From: Podarcis erhardii
Lineage: Eukaryota
Assembly (NCBI GenBank): GCA_964252035.1
Contig: OZ176200.1
DNA: 64,000 nt
Reading direction: 5' to 3' (one strand)
The translations under genes and the position numbers were made by a program. The notes under the pieces are model-generated. The model ran no database searches. It saw only the letters and a program-made list of their open reading frames with translations, and was not told the origin of the DNA. This document shows positions 41,545 to 53,500 of this stretch, piece by piece (the first letter of the stretch is position 1; each line of letters opens with the position of its first letter).

Positions 41545-44500
41545 ATATATATATATGTGTGTGTGCGTGCGCGTATGTCATTGATTCTATAACCATTAAC
41601 TGGAAGTAAAGTGCATTAAACTCAGTGGGGGCTTTCTTCTGAGTAGTCATTATAGAGATGCACAGTTTGAGGAATGGCATCTCAATCCTAAACATAATCT
41701 ACATCATGGGATTAAGTAGCATTCCTCAAACAGGCACTTTGCAATGATTGTTATGTAAATTTTACAACCCATTAGCTGGTTTATAAATGTCATTTTGACA
41801 TTTTTGTTTTGGAAAAAAATAATTATTGTAGGAAGCTGACACAGTTTGAGAAATCTGTGGCACACAGTACCTTGTTAATTCTCACTCCTTCATGCACTTC
41901 GCTGCTTAGCACAACTTCCATTGAGTTGTAATTTACAATGATGGCTCTGGAACAGGGCTGATTGTTAGTGACATCACAGAAATAATTGTCAAGCAAAACA
42001 CTGAAGTTTCCATGTATATTCACAATCTCTTTCACCAAGATGTAAGTGCAGTTGTCATAGAAAGTGTAATAAGTGCCATCAAATGTCAGATAGTTAGCAT
42101 CCCAACCAGTGCAAATACCTGTAACAGAAATCAAAAGATCAAATAAGGTTCACCTGGAGTGTAGTCTTGAGCAAACCAGAGTAACCAAAGTAAATATACA
42201 CTGTGAAATCACTGGTTATTATGCTGTTGCTTGTGTTAACTTTGATGGGCTAGGTCCTAGTCTGGTGCACCAATTAGAAAGTGGGAATAATAAGAGAATT
42301 CTAGGAGAGCAGTTTTGATGGTGCAGATTTTGTGGTGAAGCAACTGCCATAGCCAGAGTCCTGATGACTAGTGACAGCCAGGGCAGGAACTGGTTGAACC
42401 ACAGCACTTTCTCCTTTACTCCTTTCCACTGAAAAAAGAAAAGCCACCCATTGACTTTTTAAGGAGTATGCTAGAGAAACAAGAGGTCTTGGGCTTCTGC
42501 AAATCCATAGCCTTCCCTGACAGACCCTCAAAAGTCTCACCTCCCTCAATAAATGGAATTGCAACTGCATGACATTACACCCCATGAGCTTTGTATGATA
42601 CAGTCCTGTAAGTTAAATATCTTAACCTCTCATTTCATATCATAAAGACATATGTACTTTTTCTGAATGCTCGGTTATACTTACATTCACATTCATAGCG
42701 TTCGACACAGCCATCCTTATCCACTATTTTTATCGGTGGGAGACCACTCACACATACTGTCTTCTCTACAGGTGGTTGAGGCTTCAGAACTATTTTGTTG
42801 TTTCCTTCACAAGTTGCCACAGTGCAGTTGTTAAACATCCAAGTTTCATTGGTCTAGAGGGAAACCAGAGAAAAAATTTTCTACAAGTGTCATGTTCTTA
42901 GAAAGACACCATCTCCACTACCAAGGGTTCTTGTCCTACTGGAAGAGGAAAACCCATCTGGAGGGAAAATGGGGTGTTAGGGGAGAGGCTGTTTCTCAAT
43001 GGTAGAGCACATGGCATGCATGCAAAAGGTCCCATGTTTAATCCTTAGTAACTCCAGGTAGCCCCAGGGAAGACTCCTATATGAAACCCTGAGGAGTCAT
43101 TAGCAGTCACCAAGGACAACAGTGAGATAGATAGACCCATAGTCTGCCTTGGTATAAGCCGGCTTGCTATGTTTTAGAAAAGTGAGGCAAACAAGAACAT
43201 TTGGAATTGACTGAGATTTCTCCATATATGACTCTGTGGCAGGGGTAGGCAACCTGTAGCCTACCCAAAGTTGTTGGATTCCAGTTCCCAGTAGTTCCAA
43301 CCACCAATGGTCAGGGATAATGAGACCTTGAATCCAGTAACATCAAGATCCCCAGTGAGATCAATAACACAAATAAGATCTAAACAAGAGAGTTGATTGT
43401 GACCAAGTGCATGTTCACATGACAGCTCCTCATACCTCCCAAAACAGTGGTGTTCATACAGCATGAATTGTGGGCAAAAGTCCCTGGGGTAGTCAGGATT
43501 TTCTTTTCAACATAGACACCTCGTTCACCAAGAGAGGATTCATTTAATGCTTTTTAAGAGGGGTGAAAATGGAGTGAGAGAGGCATTTGGTAACCAACAG
43601 CTTTCCCCAACATGGAGCCCTTTTGATGTTTTGGGCTACAGCCTCTCATCAGCTATCAAAAGCTATCACCAATGTACGTATGAAAACAATGCTAATTACC
43701 TTTCTTGGTGGATCAATATCAGGGCAACCTGTTACAGGAGTTGTGGGGGTTGATACAGCTGCAGTAGTGTATACTCCAGTTGATGGAACAACAGTAGTGG
43801 GTGACGGAGAAGGCGGGGTTCCTGCAGTTGTAACTGATGGTGTTGATGGGTGGGAAGGAGTTGTTGAAGGACATGGTCCCTGGAACACCTCAATTTCACA
43901 GCTTCTGTTGCAAACTGCATAAAAACTGCATCCGGAACTATCAGTTCTATTGTATATTACTTCCCCTATTTTAAAAAAGGAAGGAATTTATCATAAAGCA
44001 CCATGTACGAAAATTGTAAAACAAAACATGTCATAACATTCTAAAATGCAAATAAAGTTCAAATGAATTTGTCTACTGACATGCAGTGCAACTCTCAGCC
44101 TGCTTTCTCAGCAGCAAGTCTGAGAAAGCATGCATTGGATTGTGTAATTTGTAGTGGGCAAGCTCCAACCCCACACCACCATGGGAGATCAGCAAGAGGT
44201 TCAGCCAAGGCCTTTTCCCCAGTTGGTCCTTAGCCAGTAAATCATATACAAGTATAACTTGTGACTCACAATCCTAGGGAGTAAAAGGACATGTTAGCCA
44301 CCTGTTAAAAGTAATGGCTGGCAGATAGTAGTAGATGCACATGAATATGAGTCAGTTGTAAAAGGGGATAGGGGATAGGTGAGAGATGGATCTATTGACA
44401 TCTCTGTGGTTCAATACTGTTCAAAGAATGTATGGCATGAGAGAATTACAGAATTGATCTCAGCTAATACTTTTGTTCCCTAGGTTGTTAAAACATATGA

Positions 44501-47500
44501 AGCAGTGTAGAGTAAAACACAGTTACATAAATTCAATAAACATTGAAAATATCAGCCCCAAACTTGCAAAAAACAAACAAACAAAGTCAGATAAAGCAGG
44601 ATTAACAAAATGATTTAAATGTAAATATAAAAAGTAAGTAAAAAGGTTTCTACTCCTCCTCAAACTATACAGCAGAGCACCAAAGTAGACTCCCCTGTGG
44701 AGAGTGGTGCACAATCATGATGTAGGTATAAGGAAGGATGTATGTTGAGCATATGTACAATCAATCCAATATGTGAATGAAAACATTGCTTCAGCTGCTT
44801 TTCAAATTCATTAAGAGAAACTCACCAGGAGAAAACAAGCCCTTACTAAATCCGGGCACACGGCAGAAACATGGAGTTGTTCTGCTCAAAGTGACTGTTG
44901 TAGTTCCTGTTGTAGAAGGTATGGAAGTACTTGTTGCTGCTGAAGACACAATAGAAAAGAAATAAATGTATAGCAGTTGTTACGTACTGCTTGAAGACAT
45001 ACTGCTGGAAATGGATGCTGAACACTGTAGATACTTAAGACTTCAGTGTACACTTCCAAAGCACCAACTGAAGCATAACAATTCAGAATTCCAACTGAAC
45101 TCAGCCGGACTTACATGTATCTTTAGGGTTGGAGAATTTAACTTGATAATTGTACTACAAAAACCAGTTAATTGTTTAATGGATCAGATCAATACTTTGC
45201 TTACTTGCTGTTCTTATTATACACCTACCATGCTATCAAGAAACAGGGGAATCCAGCTATATTCCTCCCAGTATCAAGAAACACACCCCTCCAGTCCAAA
45301 GGTGCTGTTAAGAAAATTCCAAATATCTAGCCAGAGAGCTATCTACTACTTGAAATAGCACTGAAAACTTATTTGAAAAATGCACACTGAGATCTAGGCA
45401 AACATTTTTGATAAGTTGCTAGCTGATAGACACTAGGTTTCATAAATGGGATACCAATTTTTGAAAAGGGTGGTATATGAAATAAGATCACCAAACCCCA
45501 ATTAATATGAAACAATTTGCTAACATTTGGCATGACACCTGTAATTGAGTAACATGTAATAAATTTAACTGTTGGAATATTTACCAAAGGTAACAAGATT
45601 TTCATACCAGGATATGCAGATTCATTCTGTAATTACCTGTTGTAACAACAACCAAAGGCTTAGTGGAAAATGGCACTCTGGTAGGGACAGTTGCTGTTTC
45701 TACAGTAATCCCAGTAGTGGATATCGTCGACACAGGTTTGGAAACATGGGTAGATGGAAGAGATGTGGTTGAAACGGTGGAAGCCACTCCAGAAGTGATG
45801 AAAGGTGTGCTGACGGAGCCAGGGGTTGAGAGAGGGGTGGTGGTCATGGGCTTTCCTGTTGTAATTCCAGGAGTGGTGGAAACAAGGGTGGTGCTTTGGG
45901 TGGTAGTGACTACAATGGGTGGTGGTGTAGAAGCTGTGGAGGATGCTGGAGTTGTGCTCTTGCCAGCAGTGCTGCCTGGTGTTTCTGTGGTCGTTGGCTT
46001 TCCTGTGGTTACTCCTGGAGTTGTGGAAACAAGAGTGGAGCTTTGGGTGGTGGTAAATACAATGGGAGGTGGCGTAGACCCCGTGGAGGATGCTGGAGTT
46101 GTGCTTTTGCCTGCCGTGCTGCCAGGTTTTTCTGTGGTAGAAGCAGCAGATGTGCTCAGTGGTGTTGTGCTAGGATGGCAGGGCTTGTATTCACAGCACT
46201 GGTATCTAACCTGGAAGTTATAACACATCTTGTCTGTTTGCTTTGAATTTTCACACAAAAGTCCAACATGGAGGTTACATTGCACTTCCTGACCAAGCAG
46301 ATGCAGGCTGACATCAGGGTGATTCTCAGCTCTGCATTCAATGTCTTGTGGATGTTTGCAAATATTTCCTCCAGCTTTTCGGATGGTCTCAAAATTCTCA
46401 ATATCGCCATCATCTGGACTGCTGGTAGGACGGTGCAAATCATACCAGGAGGTCCAGTTACACTTTGGGAGGCACACAGTAGAGGTACTTTCTAGCGTAG
46501 TGGTAACAAGGGGAGCCAGGGTGGTTGTTGTGGTCAGCAGGCCTGGAGGGGTTTGTGCAGTGGTCCCGGTGGTGGGTATTGTTGAGGAAGGCTTGGAAAC
46601 AGGAGTGGACTGGAGTGTTGTGGCTGTCACAGTGGGGACCACTCCAGTGGAGACGGCAGCGGTGCTGACTGAGGCTGGTGTTGTGAGAGGGAGGGTGGAA
46701 AGCGGCGTTGAGTGGGTGGTGGTGGTTGGCTTTCTTGTTGTAACTCCTGGAGTTGTCGGAAGAAGGGTGGTGCTTTCGGTGGTGGTGAATACAACGGGAG
46801 GTGGCGTAGAGCCCGTGGAGGATGCTGGAGCCGTGCTCTTGCCTGCCGTGCTGCCTGGTGTTTCTGAGGTTGTTGGCTTTCCTGTGGTTACTCCTGGTGT
46901 TGTGGAAACAAGGGTGGTGCTTTCGGTGGTGGTATGGACAACAGGAGGTGGCGTAGAGCCCGTGGAGGATGCTGGAGCCGTGCTCTTGCCCACCGTGCTA
47001 CCTGGGGCTTCTGCGGTGGTGGCACTTGTTGTGACCAGTGGCGCTGGCGTGGTTTCACAGTGCTTGTAGTCGCAACACAGTGCTCTCATCTCATAATCGT
47101 AACACATCTTGTACTTCCCCATCTGTTTGGCATTCTCACAAAGGAGTCCAGTGTTGATATCGCAGATCATGTTCTGTCCAAGTTCAGATGCGCTCAGCTC
47201 TGGGTAGTCCACTCCTCTGCACTCCACCTTTTGAGGGTGCTCGCAGATGGTACCCCCCGATGCCTGGATGCTCTTAATGTCCTCTCGATCGCCATCCCCA
47301 GGGTCGGAGCTTGGAGTGTGAAAACTGAACCAAGAGGTCCACTGGCATTTGGGTTGGCAACCGGTAGTGGTGCTTCCTGGCGTAGTGGTAACAAGGGGAG
47401 CCAGGGTGGTTGTTGTGGTCAGCAGGCCTGGAGGGGTTTGTGCAGTGGTCCCGGTGGTGGGTATTGTTGAGGAAGGCTTGGAAACAGGAGTGGACTGGAG

Positions 47501-50500
47501 TGTTGTGGCTGTCACAGTGGGGACCACTCCAGTGGAGACGGCAGCGGTGCTGACTGAGGCTGGTGTTGTGAGAGGGAGGGTGGAAAGCGGCGTTGAGTGG
47601 GTGGTGGTGGTTGGCTTTCTTGTTGTAACTCCTGGAGTTGTCGGAAGAAGGGTGGTGCTTTCGGTGGTGGTGAATACAACGGGAGGTGGCGTAGAGCCCG
47701 TGGAGGATGCTGGAGCCGTGCTCTTGCCTGCCGTGCTGCCTGGTGTTTCTGGGGTTGTTGGCTTTCCTGTGGTTACTCCTGGTGTTGTGGAAACAAGGGT
47801 GGTGCTTTCGGTGGTGGTATGGACAACAGGAGGTGGCGTAGAGCCCGTGGAGGATGCTGGAGCCGTGCTCTTGCCTGCCGTGCTGCCTGGTGTTTCTGGG
47901 GTTGTTGGCTTTCCTGTGGTTACTCCTGGTGTTGTGGAAACAAGGGTGGTGCTTTCGGTGGTGGTATGGACAGCAGGAGGTGGCGTAGAGCCCGTGGAGG
48001 ATGCTGGAGCCGTGCTCTTGCCCACCGTGCTACCTGGGGCTTCTGTGGTGGTGGCACTTGTTGTGACCAGTGGCGCTGGCGTGGTTTCACAGTGCTTGTA
48101 GTCGCAACACAGTGCTCTCATCTCATAATCGTAACACATCTTGTACTTCCCCATCTGTTTGGCATTCTCACAAAGGAGTCCAGTGTTGATATCGCAGATC
48201 ATGTTCTGTCCAAGTTCAGATGCGCTCAGCTCTGGGTAGTCCACTCCTCTGCACTCCACCTTTTGAGGGTGCTCGCAGATGGTACCCCCCGATGCCTGGA
48301 TGCTCTTAATGTCCTCTCGATCGCCATCCCCAGGGTCGGAGCTTGGAGTGTGAAAACTGAACCAAGAGGTCCACTGGCATTTGGGTTGGCAACCGGTAGT
48401 GGTGCTTCCTGGCGTAGTGGTAACAAGGGGAGCCAGGGTGGTTGTTGTGGTCAGCAGGCCTGGAGGGGTTTGTGCAGTGGTCCCGGTGGTGGGTATTGTT
48501 GAGGAAGGCTTGGAAACAGGAGTGGACTGGAGTGTTGTGGCTGTCACAGTGGGGACCACTCCAGTGGAGACGGCAGCGGTGCTGACTGAGGCTGGTGTTG
48601 TGAGAGGGAGGGTGGAAAGCGGCGTTGAGTGGGTGGTGGTGGTTGGCTTTCTTGTTGTAACTCCTGGAGTTGTCGGAAGAAGGGTGGTGCTTTCGGTGGT
48701 GGTGAATACAACGGGAGGTGGCGTAGAGCCCGTGGAGGATGCTGGAGCCGTGCTCTTGCCTGCCGTGCTGCCTGGTGTTTCTGGGGTTGTTGGCTTTCCT
48801 GTGGTTACTCCTGGTGTTGTGGAAACAAGGGTGGTGCTTTCGGTGGTGGTATGGACAACAGGAGGTGGCGTAGAGCCCGTGGAGGATGCTGGAGCCGTGC
48901 TCTTGCCCACCGTGCTACCTGGGGCTTCTGTGGTGGTGGCACTTGTTGTGACTAGTGGCGCTGGCGTGGTTTCACAGTGCTTGTAGTCGCAACACAGTGC
49001 TCTCATCTCATAATCGTAACACATCTTGTACTTCCCCATCTGTTTGGCATTCTCACAAAGGAGTCCAGTGTTGATATCGCAGATCATGTTCTGTCCAAGT
49101 TCAGATGCGCTCAGCTCTGGGTAGTCCACTCCTCTGCACTCCACCTTTTGAGGGTGCTCGCAGATGGTACCCCCTGATGCCTGGATGCTCTTAATGTCCT
49201 CTCGATCGCCATCCCCAGGGTCGGAGCTTGGAGTGTGAAAACTGAACCAAGAGGTCCACTGGCATTTGGGTTGGCAACCGGTAGTGGTGCTTCCTGGCGT
49301 AGTGGTAACAAGGGGAGCCAGGGTGGTTGTTGTGGTCAGCAGGCCTGGAGGGGTTTGTGCAGTGGTCCCGGTGGTGGGTATTGTTGAGGAAGGCTTGGAA
49401 ACAGGAGTGGACTGGAGTGTTGTGGCTGTCACAGTGGGGACCACTCCAGTGGAGACGGCAGCGGTGCTGACTGAGGCTGGTGTTGTGAGAGGGAGGGTGG
49501 AAAGCGGCGTTGAGTGGGTGGTGGTGGTTGGCTTTCTTGTTGTAACTCCTGGAGTTGTCGGAAGAAGGGTGGTGCTTTCGGTGGTGGTGAATACAACGGG
49601 AGGTGGCGTAGAGCCCGTGGAGGATGCTGGAGCCGTGCTCTTGCCTGCCGTGCTGCCTGGTGTTTCTGGGGTTGTTGGCTTTCCTGTGGTTACTCCTGGT
49701 GTTGTGGAAACAAGGGTGGTGCTTTCGGTGGTGGTATGGACAACAGGAGGTGGCGTAGAGCCCGTGGAGGATGCTGGAGCCGTGCTCTTGCCCACCGTGC
49801 TACCTGGGGCTTCTGCGGTGGTGGCACTTGTTGTGACCAGTGGCGCTGGCGTGGTTTCACAGTGCTTGTAGTCGCAACACAGTGCTCTCATCTCATAATC
49901 GTAACACATCTTGTACTTCCCCATCTGTTTGGCATTCTCACAAAGGAGTCCAGTGTTGATATCGCAGATCATGTTCTGTCCAAGTTCAGATGCGCTCAGC
50001 TCTGGGTAGTCCACTCCTCTGCACTCCACCTTTTGAGGGTGCTCGCAGATGGTACCCCCCGATGCCTGGATGCTCTTAATGTCCTCTCGATCGCCATCCC
50101 CAGGGTCGGAGCTTGGAGTGTGAAAACTGAACCAAGAGGTCCACTGGCATTTGGGTTGGCAACCGGTAGTGGTGCTTCCTGACGTAGTGGTAACAAGGGG
50201 AGCCAGGGTGGTTGTTGTGGTCAGCAGGCCTGGAGGGGTTTGTGCAGTGGTCCCGGTGGTGGGTATTGTTGAGGAAGGCTTGGAAACAGGAGTGGACTGG
50301 AGTGTTGTGGCTGTCACAGTGGGGACCACTCCAGTGGAGACGGCAGCGGTGCTGACTGAGGCTGGTGTTGTGAGAGGGAGGGTGGAAAGCGGCGTTGAGT
50401 GGGTGGTGGTGGTTGGCTTTCTTGTTGTAACTCCTGGAGTTGTCGGAAGAAGGGTGGTGCTTTCGGTGGTGGTGAATACAACGGGAGGTGGCGTAGAGCC

Positions 50501-53500
50501 CGTGGAGGATGCTGGAGCCGTGCTCTTGCCTGCCGTGCTGCCTGGTGTTTCTGGGGTTGTTGGCTTTCCTGTGGTTACTCCTGGTGTTGTGGAAACAAGG
50601 GTGGTGCTTTCGGTGGTGGTATGGACAGCAGGAGGTGGCGTAGAGCCCGTGGAGGATGCTGGAGCCGTGCTCTTGCCCACCGTGCTACCTGGGGCTTCTG
50701 CGGTGGTGGCACTTGTTGTGACCAGTGGCGCTGGCGTGGTTTCACAGTGCTTGTAGTCGCAACACAGTGCTCTCATCTCATAATCGTAACACATCTTGTA
50801 CTTCCCCATCTGTTTGGCATTCTCACAAAGGAGTCCAGTGTTGATATCGCAGATCATGTTCTGTCCAAGTTCAGATGCGCTCAGCTCTGGGTAGTCCACT
50901 CCTCTGCACTCCACCTTTTGAGGGTGCTCGCAGATGGTACCCCCCGATGCCTGGATGCTCTTAATGTCCTCTCGATCGCCATCCCCAGGGTCGGAGCTTG
51001 GAGTGTGAAAACTGAACCAAGAGGTCCACTGGCATTTGGGTTGGCAACCGGTAGTGGTGCTTCCTGACGTAGTGGTAACAAGGGGAGCCAGGGTGGTTGT
51101 TGTGGTCAGCAGGCCTGGAGGGGTTTGTGCAGTGGTCCCGGTGGTGGGTATTGTTGAGGAAGGCTTGGAAACAGGAGTGGACTGGAGTGTTGTGGCTGTC
51201 ACAGTGGGGACCACTCCAGTGGAGACGGCAGCGGTGCTGACTGAGGCTGGTGTTGTGAGAGGGAGGGTGGAAAGCGGCGTTGAGTGGGTGGTGGTGGTTG
51301 GCTTTCTTGTTGTAACTCCTGGAGTTGTCGGAAGAAGGGTGGTGCTTTCGGTGGTGGTGAATACAACGGGAGGTGGCGTAGAGCCCGTGGAGGATGCTGG
51401 AGCCGTGCTCTTGCCTGCCGTGCTGCCTGGTGTTTCTGGGGTTGTTGGCTTTCCTGTGGTTACTCCTGGTGTTGTGGAAACAAGGGTGGTGCTTTCGGTG
51501 GTGGTATGGACAGCAGGAGGTGGCGTAGAGCCCGTGGAGGATGCTGGAGCCGTGCTCTTGCCCACCGTGCTACCTGGGGCTTCTGTGGTGGTGGCACTTG
51601 TTGTGACCAGTGGCGCTGGCGTGGTTTCACAGTGCTTGTAGTCGCAACACAGTGCTCTCATCTCATAATCGTAACACATCTTGTACTTCCCCATCTGTTT
51701 GGCATTCTCACAAAGGAGTCCAGTGTTGATATCGCAGATCATGTTCTGTCCAAGTTCAGATGCGCTCAGCTCTGGGTAGTCCACTCCTCTGCACTCCACC
51801 TTTTGAGGGTGCTCGCAGATGGTACCCCCCGATGCCTGGATGCTCTTAATGTCCTCTCGATCGCCATCCCCAGGGTCGGAGCTTGGAGTGTGAAAACTGA
51901 ACCAAGAGGTCCACTGGCATTTGGGTTGGCAACCGGTAGTGGTGCTTCCTGGCGTAGTGGTAACAAGGGGAGCCAGGGTGGTTGTTGTGGTCAGCAGGCC
52001 TGGAGGGGTTTGTGCAGTGGTCCCGGTGGTGGGTATTGTTGAGGAAGGCTTGGAAACAGGAGTGGACTGGAGTGTTGTGGCTGTCACAGTGGGGACCACT
52101 CCAGTGGAGACGGCAGCGGTGCTGACTGAGGCTGGTGTTGTGAGAGGGAGGGTGGAAAGCGGCGTTGAGTGGGTGGTGGTGGTTGGCTTTCTTGTTGTAA
52201 CTCCTGGAGTTGTCGGAAGAAGGGTGGTGCTTTCGGTGGTGGTGAATACAACGGGAGGTGGCGTAGAGCCCGTGGAGGATGCTGGAGCCGTGCTCTTGCC
52301 TGCCGTGCTGCCTGGTGTTTCTGGGGTTGTTGGCTTTCCTGTGGTTACTCCTGGTGTTGTGGAAACAAGGGTGGTGCTTTCGGTGGTGGTATGGACAACA
52401 GGAGGTGGCATAGAGCCCGTGGAGGATGCTGGAGCCGTGCTCTTGCCCACCGTGCTACCTGGGGCTTCTGTGGTGGTGGCACTTGTTGTGACCAGTGGCG
52501 CTGGCGTGGTTTCACAGTGCTTGTAGTCGCAACACAGTGCTCTCATCTCATAATCGTAACACATCTTGTACTTCCCCATCTGTTTGGCATTCTCACAAAG
52601 GAGTCCAGTGTTGATATCGCAGATCATGTTCTGTCCAAGTTCAGATGCGCTCAGCTCTGGGTAGTCCACTCCTCTGCACTCCACCTTTTGAGGGTGCTCG
52701 CAGATGGTACCCCCCGATGCCTGGATGCTCTTAATGTCCTCTCGATCGCCATCCCCAGGGTCGGAGCTTGGAGTGTGAAAACTGAACCAAGAGGTCCACT
52801 GGCATTTGGGTTGGCAACCGGTAGTGGTGCTTCCTGGCGTAGTGGTAACAAGGGGAGCCAGGGTGGTTGTTGTGGTCAGCAGGCCTGGAGGGGTTTGTGC
52901 AGTGGTCCCGGTGGTGGGTATTGTTGAGGAAGGCTTGGAAGCAGGAGTGGACTGGAGTGTTGTGGCTGTCACAGTGGGGACCACTCCAGTGGAGACGGCA
53001 GCGGTGCTGACTGAGGCTGGTGTTGTGAGAGGGAGGGTGGAAAGCGGCGTTGAGTGGGTGGTGGTGGTTGGCTTTCTTGTTGTAACTCCTGGAGTTGTCG
53101 GAAGAAGGGTGGTGCTTTCGGTGGTGGTGAATACAACGGGAGGTGGCGTAGAGCCCGTGGAGGATGCTGGAGCCGTGCTCTTGCCTGCCGTGCTGCCTGG
53201 TGTTTCTGGGGTTGTTGGCTTTCCTGTGGTTACTCCTGGTGTTGTGGAAACAAGGGTGGTGCTTTCGGTGGTGGTATGGACAACAGGAGGTGGCGTAGAG
53301 CCCGTGGAGGATGCTGGAGCCGTGCTCTTGCCTGCCGTGCTGCCTGGTGTTTCTGGGGTTGTTGGCTTTCCTGTGGTTACTCCTGGTGTTGTGGAAACAA
53401 GGGTGGTGCTTTCGGTGGTGGTATGGACAGCAGGAGGTGGCGTAGAGCCCGTGGAGGATGCTGGAGCCGTGCTCTTGCCCACCGTGCTACCTGGGGCTTC

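Noticed and set aside
42980-43060. tRNA-like sequence
   Set aside because: It is degenerate, cannot form a full cloverleaf, and continues into a SINE body and tail, so it is annotated as a SINE head.
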